Shown: positions 34,093 to 43,200 of the stretch, in pieces
How positions within the stretch are numbered: position 1 is the stretch's first letter
Layout of the letters: each line of letters opens with the position of its first letter
Assembly (NCBI GenBank): GCA_030699905.1
Contig: JAUYKQ010000025.1
Span: forward strand, 1 to 55,206
Reading direction: 5' to 3'
From: a bacterium
GTDB lineage: Bacteria > Patescibacteriota > Minisyncoccia > Phycocordibacterales > GCA-002787175
DNA: 55,206 nt
Program-made: the position numbers and the translations under genes
The notes under the pieces: model-generated
The model's input: only the letters and a program-made list of their open reading frames with translations
Told to the model about the DNA's origin: nothing
Databases searched by the model: none

Positions 34093-34205
34093 CTACCCTA
34101 AAGATACACTTTCTATTCCCCATGTCAAAAGAATGTATTAGTCCGCCACCAACAAGGGAAGTTGGGGAATAGGTAAATCACAAAAAGGCGCCTGACCTGA
34201 AATAT

Positions 34206-34231
34206 AAAATGTAGACGATCGTCTGCATTTT
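34206..34231 (-). terminator. intrinsic terminator after glyQS
   Basis: aaaatgtagacgatcgtctgcatttt (palindrome gacgatcgtc at the centre). Confidence 0.65.
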
Positions 34232-34270
34232 ATTGACGGAACAAACCGTACACAATATTACACATTTTAG

Positions 34271-35602
34271 TTATTTCGTCACGAGTTTTGATATATGTGC
34301 TGAAAGTTCGTTTACCCCCACCCTCTCCTGCTCTCCAGTATCGCGGTCTCTTACGGTGACATCGTGTTTTTCAAGCGAATCAAAATCAACAGTTACGCAA
34401 AACGGCGTACCGATTTCGTCTTGCCTGCGGTAGCGCTTGCCGATGTTTCCGTTGTCGTCAAAGGCAATCATGGAGCATGGAACTTGTAGCATAGAGCATA
34501 AATCCTTACGGACTTCCCTCGCCTTTTCCACCAGTTCCGGTTTATTTTTAAGAAGAGGAAAGACGGCTACTTTAACGGGAGCAAGCGCCGGTTTTAATTT
34601 CAAGTAGGCGCGAATCTCGCCGTTCATTTCATCTTCGGTGTAGGCGCTGGAAAGGACAGCGAGCACAGTCCTGTCAACCCCAAGAGATGGTTCAATAACG
34701 TGGGGCAAAAACGGCTCACCGCCGCCCTCTTCGCGATACGTCAAATCAACACCGCTTGAAGAGGCGTGGTTTTGCAAATCATAGTCAGTGCGATAAGCCA
34801 GTCCGTACAATTCTTTTCTGCCAAAAGGAAAATCGTATTCAAAATCAATGGTCCGTTTTGAATAGTGCGCTCTTTCGGAATCTGCCACTTCAAGCTCGTA
34901 CACTTTTTCCTTAGGTAAACCGATTTTTTCTATCCAGCTGTTCATTAGTTTTCGCCACTCTTCAAACTCGCCCTTCCAGTCGTCCGGACGAACAAAATAC
35001 TCAACCTCCATTTGCTCAAACTCTCTGGCGCGAAAAAGAAAATCTCTCGGAGAAATTTCGTTTCTAAATGCCTTGCCCATCTGTGCTATTCCAAAAGGCA
35101 ATTTTGGATGGAAAGAGTCAGAAACGTTTTTGAAATTTGTAAAAATGCCCTGGGCGGTTTCGGGACGCAGATATGATACCGATTCGCTATCTTCAGAAGC
35201 TCCGACATGGGTTTTAAACATCATGTTAAACTGTCTTTCTGCTCCGAGTGTCCCCCCACAATCAAAACACTTGTCTTTGTTTTCAAGCTGGTCAATTCTA
35301 AATTTCTTTTTGCATTTTGAACATTCCACCATCGGGTCAGAAAATCCGCCAACATGTCCGCTGGCCTCCAAAACTTTTTGACTGGTTAGGGTAGCCGCGT
35401 CAATTCCATACATATTTTCTCTATCCGTAACAAACATCTCCCACCACAAGTTTTTTATGTTATTTTTCAGCGCAAGACCGTAAGGTCCGTAATCCCAAAA
35501 CCCCGAAAAACCGCCGTATATTTCGGACGCGGGATACACAAACCCCCTTCTCTTGCAAAGTGAGACGATTTTTTCCATTTGGTTATTTTTCTCTTCTTTC
35601 AT
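34271..35602 (-). CDS. glyQS: glycyl-tRNA synthetase, alpha2 (GlyQS) type
   Basis: GKAFRNEISPRDFLFRAREFEQMEVEYF (class II motif 2), GVDRTVLAVL (motif 3 region), anticodon-binding IGKRYRRQDEIGTPFCVTVD. Confidence 0.9.
   Translation of the reverse strand: MKEEKNNQMEKIVSLCKRRGFVYPASEIYGGFSGFWDYGPYGLALKNNIKNLWWEMFVTDRENMYGIDAATLTSQKVLEASGHVGGFSDPMVECSKCKKKFRIDQLENKDKCFDCGGTLGAERQFNMMFKTHVGASEDSESVSYLRPETAQGIFTNFKNVSDSFHPKLPFGIAQMGKAFRNEISPRDFLFRAREFEQMEVEYFVRPDDWKGEFEEWRKLMNSWIEKIGLPKEKVYELEVADSERAHYSKRTIDFEYDFPFGRKELYGLAYRTDYDLQNHASSSGVDLTYREEGGGEPFLPHVIEPSLGVDRTVLAVLSSAYTEDEMNGEIRAYLKLKPALAPVKVAVFPLLKNKPELVEKAREVRKDLCSMLQVPCSMIAFDDNGNIGKRYRRQDEIGTPFCVTVDFDSLEKHDVTVRDRDTGEQERVGVNELSAHISKLVTK
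34469..34499 (-). repeat. probable in-frame word patch in glyQS
   Basis: catggagcatggaacttgtagcatagagcat encodes CSMLQVPCSM directly before the conserved DDNGNIGKRYRR block. Confidence 0.45.
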
Positions 35603-35659
35603 ATTTTTATTCTGCGGTTTTTCTTATGTTCCACGTTTCGTGTTTCGTGTTACACGATA

Positions 35660-37612
35660 TTACTCTATTACCACTCCTTGCCCTCGCCCGAAGGCGGGAT
35701 CAGCGGAAAGTTCTGTTGTTATAGGTCCGCCTGCTGTCGCGCTTAAACGCGCGCCTGTAAATTTATCGTCACCTGTCACTTCCGCCACACTCATAAGAGT
35801 GGGAGTGGAACCTACCTGACTTGAACTCGGCTCCAAGGAAATCTGAAAAGTCATTTCTTTTACCGGCTTGGAATATCCGGCTTGAGCCGAAACATCTCCA
35901 GCCCTCCAAATCACCTGCCCGCTTACCGGATTATATGACAGTTCTCCTTCAGAAGCGTTCGGACTGCCTATCCATTTTACATAAGACGGCAGATTGGCCG
36001 AAACAGTAACATTTCCAGCGTCGTTTGAAGTGTTCGTCAAAGTCCACACTACAGTATATGTGGTTTCTTGGTCAACTTTTGGAGGTATAGGACCACTGTT
36101 TACCAACACCCCCGTATGATAGAGCGCTCGAGAATACAATCCCAAAACGGAAGACACTTTCACTTCCCTGTTTATGGAGGTCGTCGTTATTTGCGGGACT
36201 TGATTTTCACCCACTCTGTTTCCTTCCGCGCTTACTTCCACCAAAAGCTCCGGATTTTTTATAGAAGCCACCGCGTCCGCCACTCCCACGGTGCTGAAAG
36301 TGAAGCTGACCCTACCGCTATCCCCGGGATTTAGGATGTCAAAATCACGGCTGTTGGTCTGGTCCCATATTATTGAATTGTCGGACGAACGGTAAAAACC
36401 TCCTTCCGCGTCTACGGAACCTTTTTTTATCGCCGGGCCGGAAAGTTTTGCGATTATTTTCGCTCCGGTTATTTTATCGGGCGTGTTGTTTCTCCACATA
36501 ACATCGGCTCTTATTATTTTCCCACTGTCCGCCACGTATCCCCTACCCGTATCGCCATTTAAAGAAAGTTCAAGTCCGATAAAAGGTTTTTCTATGGCTA
36601 TTTCTTTTGAAGCGGTCAGGAAAGGAATTCCTATAAATCTTGCGTCATTTTTATCAGCCGTTCCTATGGTGAAACGGAAGATGCGGACTTCTTCGTCTTG
36701 GCCTTCTATTTTGCCCGTCAACCGAATGATCTGTTTGGCGTTGGGTTTTAAATCTCCGATGTTCCAAGTGTTTTCACCGACAGATGGTTTTGGCACAGCC
36801 GATTCAAAAACAAAGCCAAAAGGATACTCGGCTTTCAAAAGTAGATTCTTGATATCGGAAGTTGAATTAGAAAAAATATTTACGGTAAACTCCGTTTTCT
36901 GACCACTGCTCACTGTCCCCACGGAATCCACTGTTACTGAAACGGGAGAAGAATTTATTATCACTTCATACAGTTTACTTTTTTTTACCAAAGCATTGGA
37001 ACCTCGGACGCGATACTCGGTAGATATTGCTATCTCTTTCCTCTGTCCTTCTTCTCCAAAAAGGACTGCCGATATTTTTTTACTGGACGACTGTCCCGGC
37101 TCTATATTTCCCAAAAGCTCCCTGTATCTCGTGAGTTCTTTTGTTACGTCTTTCGGGTCACGCGAACCTTCCGGATATTCTATAAGAAGATAAGTGGACT
37201 CCAGCGCCACGTTGTTCTGATTTTCAACGGACACTTCAAAAGACATCTCTTCCCCGCCACTTACGGAAACCGGCCCGATGATGTTTATACCAACGTTCTC
37301 CGACTTAATGAGATTGCCACCGGATAGAAACATGAAAACAGCCACAGACAAAGAAGCGACAAAAAATATTGCCGCTGTCATAAAGAGCTTGGCCGCGCCA
37401 GACAGTTTTTTTGGAACTCTTGCCATCTGTTCGTCTAACCCGCTTAAATCGCCATCTCCGCTTTTCCATTCGTCCGCAATTTCAACGTTGTGCTTTTTGA
37501 ATTTCCCGCTATGGGAATGCACGTCGCCCGTGGCATGGTTTCTGGAATAGATATGCTCTTTTAAGCCCTCTATTTTATCCTTTTCGGAATCGTTACCATT
37601 TAAAGGAAGCAT
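35660..37612 (-). CDS. single-pass membrane protein with repeated beta-sandwich (CARDB/DUF11-like) domains
   Basis: The track N-terminus (to 37693) reads through a repeat element. ATG at 37612 (MLPLNGNDSEK...). TM is LFMTAAIFFVASLSVAVFMFL. Confidence 0.7.
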   Translation of the reverse strand: MLPLNGNDSEKDKIEGLKEHIYSRNHATGDVHSHSGKFKKHNVEIADEWKSGDGDLSGLDEQMARVPKKLSGAAKLFMTAAIFFVASLSVAVFMFLSGGNLIKSENVGINIIGPVSVSGGEEMSFEVSVENQNNVALESTYLLIEYPEGSRDPKDVTKELTRYRELLGNIEPGQSSSKKISAVLFGEEGQRKEIAISTEYRVRGSNALVKKSKLYEVIINSSPVSVTVDSVGTVSSGQKTEFTVNIFSNSTSDIKNLLLKAEYPFGFVFESAVPKPSVGENTWNIGDLKPNAKQIIRLTGKIEGQDEEVRIFRFTIGTADKNDARFIGIPFLTASKEIAIEKPFIGLELSLNGDTGRGYVADSGKIIRADVMWRNNTPDKITGAKIIAKLSGPAIKKGSVDAEGGFYRSSDNSIIWDQTNSRDFDILNPGDSGRVSFTFSTVGVADAVASIKNPELLVEVSAEGNRVGENQVPQITTTSINREVKVSSVLGLYSRALYHTGVLVNSGPIPPKVDQETTYTVVWTLTNTSNDAGNVTVSANLPSYVKWIGSPNASEGELSYNPVSGQVIWRAGDVSAQAGYSKPVKEMTFQISLEPSSSQVGSTPTLMSVAEVTGDDKFTGARLSATAGGPITTELSADPAFGRGQGVVIE

Positions 37613-37653
37613 CGGTAAATTATAGCACAGCGAAAAAGTTATTAGAATATCTT

Positions 37654-37694
37654 GAATTACGAAATACGGCAGGCGTCCCCCGAGGAAAGTCACA
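37654..37694. repeat. MITE-like element, truncated half copy E abutting the recO stop codon
   Basis: gaattacgaaatacggcaggcgtcccccgaggaaagtcaca equals one arm of copies B and D. Confidence 0.7.
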
Positions 37695-38280
37695 GATGAC
37701 TTTCTCTAAGCGCTCTGTTTATTTCTCCCAACGCCGTCTTTCTCACTCCTGCCATTTGAGAGACGACCTCTTCTGAAAAGAACGGACTTTCCACAAAACC
37801 CCCGATTTCTTTAGAGTCCCCTATGTAACCGAGACAATGCAGAATTCTAAGCACCGCTATGGTTTCCACGTTCAACAGCCGACTTCGGGAAAGCGCGGAT
37901 TCTTTTATAAAATTAAATGTCTCCTCAAGAACGGAAAAAAGACGCTCGTTTTTTTCTTCCCCGTAAAGTAACCTCCGCAAAAGACCGAAAATTCGCGCGC
38001 ATACAAAAAGGGCATCTTTGTTTGTAAAAAAACAGTCGTAAAAATTCACCATTTGCTCCGCCCCCGTTATTCTCCATGTGTCTTTGCCCCGAACCAAAGA
38101 AATGTGAGAAAAAGAAAATTCCCGCAAATGCCCCCGCAGTTTGGAATCCGTCCTTCTGACGCTTTGAGCGGATGCCCACAACATCCCAAGCTCTCTCGTA
38201 AAAATCAAAAACGTGGCATTCGCTTCTTTAACCGTCGCCACTTTTATCACAAAAGCGTCTGTGTGATGTATGTGATACAT
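37690..38280 (-). CDS. recO: DNA repair protein RecO
   Basis: N-terminal OB-fold pattern DAFVIKVATVKEANATFLIFTRELGMLWASAQSVRR..SKLRGHL, then VLRILHCLGYIG helical domain. Confidence 0.75.
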   Translation of the reverse strand: MYHIHHTDAFVIKVATVKEANATFLIFTRELGMLWASAQSVRRTDSKLRGHLREFSFSHISLVRGKDTWRITGAEQMVNFYDCFFTNKDALFVCARIFGLLRRLLYGEEKNERLFSVLEETFNFIKESALSRSRLLNVETIAVLRILHCLGYIGDSKEIGGFVESPFFSEEVVSQMAGVRKTALGEINRALRESHL

Positions 38281-38372
38281 AAAAAACTTAAAGTTTGAAA
38301 TGTGAAGTGAAAAGTTAAAAAGAAACCCGTGACGCTTGCGCGAGACGGGTGGTTGTTGGGAGGGGCGACGTG

Positions 38373-38537
38373 CTACCGAGGAGATAGCAAACTGTACGCG
38401 ACCGTAAAAACGGCCACCGCGTTTGCTAACAAAATCAAGAGTCGCCAGTGTTTCGCCACTGTCCTGCCGTTTCTGTCAAAGCGCCAGTTTAGCCATACGG
38501 CGCCAGTCCAAACCAGCAAAGGTACTATTGTTTTCAT
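38373..38537 (-). CDS. possible 54-aa two-TM peptide (below ORF-track cutoff)
   Basis: Manual translation: MKTIVPLLVWTGAVWLNWRFDRNGRTVAKHWRLLILLANAVAVFTVAYSLLSPR*. No clear SD. Confidence 0.3.
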   Translation of the reverse strand: MKTIVPLLVWTGAVWLNWRFDRNGRTVAKHWRLLILLANAVAVFTVAYSLLSPR

Positions 38538-38644
38538 AATTAACCAGCCGTCATATTACCACACTTTTGTATATTTTGCATACCAAAAATAAAGCGCGCC
38601 AAAATGATTGGACGCGCTGTGATACGACTGTGAAAATCCCTCGA

Positions 38645-40055
38645 TCACAAAATCGGTTCAGGAAGGTATTCGATTACTTCCTTCGGAAACTTTCTCGTGA
38701 CTTCGGAGATTTTTGCATAAACCCGCGTGACTTGGTCTTCGGCCAGTCCGTGATCGGGACGAAGAAGTTCTTCAATTTTCTCACGGTTTAGAGGGAAGTC
38801 GTCATCCTCGGAAAGTTTATGAACAAACCGATTGTCACCTCCACCCCTGACCTCTCTGACCGCCGAGAGGGCGTGTTTTTTGATCAGGCCATGAGCCCTC
38901 TCTCTGCCCATTCCCTTCTTCACCGCCTCCATAAGAAAGCGCGTGCTGGAAAGAAACGGAAGGTAATGCTCCAGCTCCTTTTCTATCACTCCCTGAAAGA
39001 TTTCCATCTCTTTCAAAACGGTAAGGGCAGATTCGCACATGCCGTCGTAAGCGAAAAAAACTCCCGGAAAAACGACACGGCGCACCACCGAACAGCTCAC
39101 GTCTCCCTCAAGCCATTGGTCCCCGACAAGCCGACTGACCATGTCTTGGAAACCACAAAGGACATTGAGAAGTCCGCAGATGCGTTCGGATGTGCGACTG
39201 TTGACCTTGAGCGGTTGAGGCCGTTTGGCCTTCCTTGAATCCTTCATGGAGAAGCTCGTGTCCGGCCATGAGACGGATCATTTTGGCAAAATTGCCGAGA
39301 GCGGACCCCATCTGTACCAAAACACTCACTACTTCAAAGTCAAGCGAGCGCGGATAGACCTGTCCCGTGCTGTCCAAAACCCGAGAGAATCCGAGATGCT
39401 CCATGATTTTTCTCTCAAACGCCTCCACTTTTTCAGCACTGCCCAAAAGATGGAGCATATCCTGTTGTGTTCCCATGGCGCCTTTTATCCCCCGTAGAGG
39501 ATAGTTGGCGACGAGATGTTCCAGCCGATCAAATCCGATGAGAAGCTCCTCCGCCAAAGTGGCAAAGCGTTTGCCGAGCGTGGTTGTCTGCCCGGGGACA
39601 TTGTGGGAGCGCCCACAGATATCCAAGGTTTTAAAATAGAGCGAGTTTAATCCGAAACCATAAAGTACCGCTACGGTACGCTCTCTCGCATGAAGCAGTG
39701 ACCGGCGAATCTGAAACTGTTCAATATTGTCAGTCAGTTCGCGAGACGTGAAGCCCTGATGAATGAGTTCGTAACCGGCCAAGGTGTTGAATTCATCAAT
39801 ACGGGCTTTGACATCTTGTCTTGTGGTAATCTCTCGATATCTAATAGAGCCGAGATGAACTAATTCCACCACCCTCTCATACGCCACGATGGCTTCTTCC
39901 GGAATCGCAAGGCCGAGGTCTTTCTGGGCTTTGAGAGTAGCGACCCAAAGTCGCCGTTCCAACTTGATTTTCTCCTCTTCTCCCCAGCGGTTTACCAGAG
40001 GCGTGCTCGCGTAGCGAGCCGCCAGCACATCTTTTAAAGGAACTTTTGCTTCCAT
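38645..40055 (-). pseudogene. purB: adenylosuccinate lyase, split into two overlapping ORFs by a frameshift at the signature loop
   Basis: ORF 39108-40055 carries the N-terminal and central fumarate-lyase-fold blocks up to ...MAGHELLHEGFKEGQ. ORF 38645-39247 resumes in another frame at KVNSRTSERICGL... and continues to the ADSL C-terminal domain. Confidence 0.6.
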
Positions 40056-40218
40056 AATTTCTTCCTTTCCGTAGTTTTCTGTTTGTCTTTCTTTTTTTTC
40101 TTACCAACCTGCTTTGATACTACTTTTTTACCAAAAAAAAGCAAATGTCGTTTTTTTAAAACGACGCATGAAGAACATAATTAGGGTTAAGCAATTGCCG
40201 GTTTTGCCGGTTGTTTAT

Positions 40219-43200
40219 CTATATGTCAAGCGAGAAAAAGAGATTTTCTATAGCAATGTTTTCCGTCGCCACGTCTTCAAAACTCATATCCTTAAGTCCC
40301 GCCGTTTTCTGAATTTCACTTTTATTTTTTTCAAGAAACGCTTTGCCTGTATCATCGGCCTTGACTTTTAGCACGACAGAATCGCTCGGGTTTAGCCCTT
40401 TCTTTTTGCGTAAATCCTGCACGGCGCGGATGAATTCCCGCACCGTTCCCTCCTCCTTAAGCTTTGGCGTTATTTCCGTATCAATCTCCACTTCTCCGGA
40501 AATCGTGTCGTCCAAAACAACCTCTTTTACATTCACCTCGTCTTTCACAAGGTTTATCATTTGCTCGTCTCCGACTTTAAACTTTAAACTTTTAACTTTT
40601 AACTTGTTTAGCGGCTGTCTCACTTTTATACTCGCTTTCGCTCTCTGCTCCAGTGCCAGCGAAACAATCCTTCTCACCTCTTCCATATCTTCAAGCATTT
40701 TTGTTCCATGTTCCATGTTCCATGTTCCATGTTTCGGCCATTCTTCCAGATGCACGCTTTTATCATGTAGCGTGTAGCATGTATCGTGTAGCGACTGATA
40801 CAAATGTTCGGCAAAAAACGGTGTAAACGGCGCCAAAAGTTTTGATAGTTCTATCAAGACATGTCGCAGAGTTGTCAGAGCTTCTTTGTCCCCCTCCTTT
40901 ATGCGGTCACGCGAACGCCGAAGATACCACTGCGACAGATCGCCGATAAATTCACGTATCGCTCTTGCCGGCTCAAGAAGCTTGTAATTATCAAGCCCTT
41001 CAGTTACTTCCCCAACCAGTTGACCCAACCTCGCGAGAACCCATTTGTCCAAAACATGCCCCTTCTCGGATGTTGCATGTTCCATGTTGTGTGTTCCATC
41101 TTTTGAATACAAAAGATAAAACTGCAGAACATTATCGGCGAGGTTAAACACCTTCTTCACTATCTCGTCCACCGTCTTTTCATCATAATTTTTCGCTTCC
41201 CCCGGCTGATTGACCGAGTACATCCAAAAACGCAAAGCGTCCGCTCCGTATTTTTCCATCTGCTCCTTTGGGTCAATAACGTTGCCGAGCGACTTGCTCA
41301 TCTTTTTACCCTTGGCTTCCAAAAGATGGCCGAGAGAAATGACGTTTTTGTAAGCCGCTCCTTTGCCCATCAAAACGCCGATTGCGTGCAAAGTGTAAAA
41401 CCATCCGCGCGTTTGGTCTATCGCCTCGCAAATATAATCGGCCGGATACCCCTTTTCATCTATGTAGTCCTTGTTTTTAAAAGGGTAATGGTCCTCCGCA
41501 AAAGGCATGGCACCCGAATCAAACCAAACGTCCATGACCTCTTTGACTCTTTTCATCTCGCCTCCGCATTTACAAATTAAAGAAATTTCGTCTACGCGAG
41601 GTTTGTGCGGGTCCAGTTCTTTACCGGTCGAGTTGTCAACATAGACGAAAGACGCCTCGGCGTATCCCCCCAAAAGCCCGCGTTTAAAAGTCCTTCTTTC
41701 TTGCCACAAATTCGTAACCTCCTGAAGCGACAAATTTTTCAAATAGCGCAAAAGAAAAATAAGAGGCCCTTCGTGGGACACTATGGCCACTGTTTCGCCT
41801 TTGTGCTTTTCCAAAATCTCGCGAACAAAATCAGACATTCTGTCTTCCACCTGCTTCCAGCTCTCCCCCGTCTGCCCTCTTGGAGTGAGGTAATACTTTT
41901 CATCAGGAAGACCGTTGTAGTCAAGACGATTTCTATTTATGAGAGAGTCCTGAGGTTCTTTGCCGTCCCATTGCCCGCTTTTTACCTCCCAAAGACGGTC
42001 GTCCAAAATGTTTTTGATTTTAATATTTTCCGCCACAATGTCTGCCGTTTCTCGAGCGCGTAAGACAGGAGATGAATACAAAGCATCAACGCCAAGCGCC
42101 GCCAGTTTCTTGCCCGCTTCTTTGGCTTGCTTTTTGCCCTCTTTTGTCAGAGGATATTTATCTCTTTCGCTGTCAAAAATACCGTCAATGTTTTTCTGGC
42201 TCTCTCCGTGGCGCAAAAGTATCAAACGAGTCAAAGGCCTGCCCGCTCCCAACTTAAATATTTCTTCAAATGACCCAACGACCCGCGTTTTTCCGCATCC
42301 CTTCTGCTTGCTATCGGTTTTTTGTAACTCTTCACCTTCAAAAATCTTAAATTCCGAACCTGAAATCTTGCCCGTTTGGATTTGCGGACAAATCCAAACG
42401 GGCAAAGGCGTTCCCCAATACCTCTCTCTTGAAATAGCCCAATCCTTTATATCCTTCAGCCACTCTCCAAACCTGCCCTCTTTTATATATTCCGGCTCCC
42501 AGTTTATTTTTTTATTTTCCTTTACGAGTTTGTCTTTTATTTTTTTGTCGGACATTTTTATATACCAAGAGTCCCGGGCGAAATATATAAGCGCGCTATG
42601 GCATCGCCAACAGTGAGGATAGCTATGCTCATATTTTTCTTTCGCGAAGAGAAGTCCGCGATGAGCCAAGTCCTTTATTATCTCCACGTCCGTACTTTCG
42701 GTCTTCACTTGTTTGCCCGAGAGAAACCCTGTTTCCTTCTTGAAAGTACCGTCTTCATTTACCAAATGATACTTGGGTAGCCCTTCTTTTGTTCCCAACT
42801 GAAAGTCGTCTTGTCCGTACATAACCGCCGTGTGCACGATTCCCGTGCCGTCTTCTGTCGTAACAAAATCCGCCGAATAAACCTTGAAAGCAGGATTTAG
42901 GGCTTCAGGATTTAGGGCTTTAGCAAGAAATGGATACAGAGGTTCGTATTCAAGTCCGACTAATTCCCCTCCCGTAAATTCCTCAATGATTTCGAACTCT
43001 TTATCTTTTAGAACATTCCCTATCCTCTCTTTTGCCAGTATGTATTCTTCCTTTATTCCTGATTCTTGATTCGTAATTCCGATCCGAACATATGTTATGT
43101 TCGGATTTACCGCAAGAGCCACATTCCCCGGCAATGTCCACGGCGTGGTCGTCCAAGCCAACATATAAGTTGGTTTGCCATTTTGAATTTTTAATTTTGA

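Noticed and set aside
38329-38592. 87-aa plus-strand ORF between recO and purB
   Set aside because: It has no motif and no SD, and it lies on the opposite strand to all neighbours. A minus-strand 54-aa two-TM ORF fits the local gene direction slightly better, but that is also low confidence.
41620-42300. Insertion in ileS, considered as an intein
   Set aside because: There is no Cys/Ser/Thr at the insertion start followed by intein block A. There is no terminal His-Asn plus nucleophile and no homing-endonuclease motifs. Instead the insert has the RHG / SHEG histidine-phosphatase signature.
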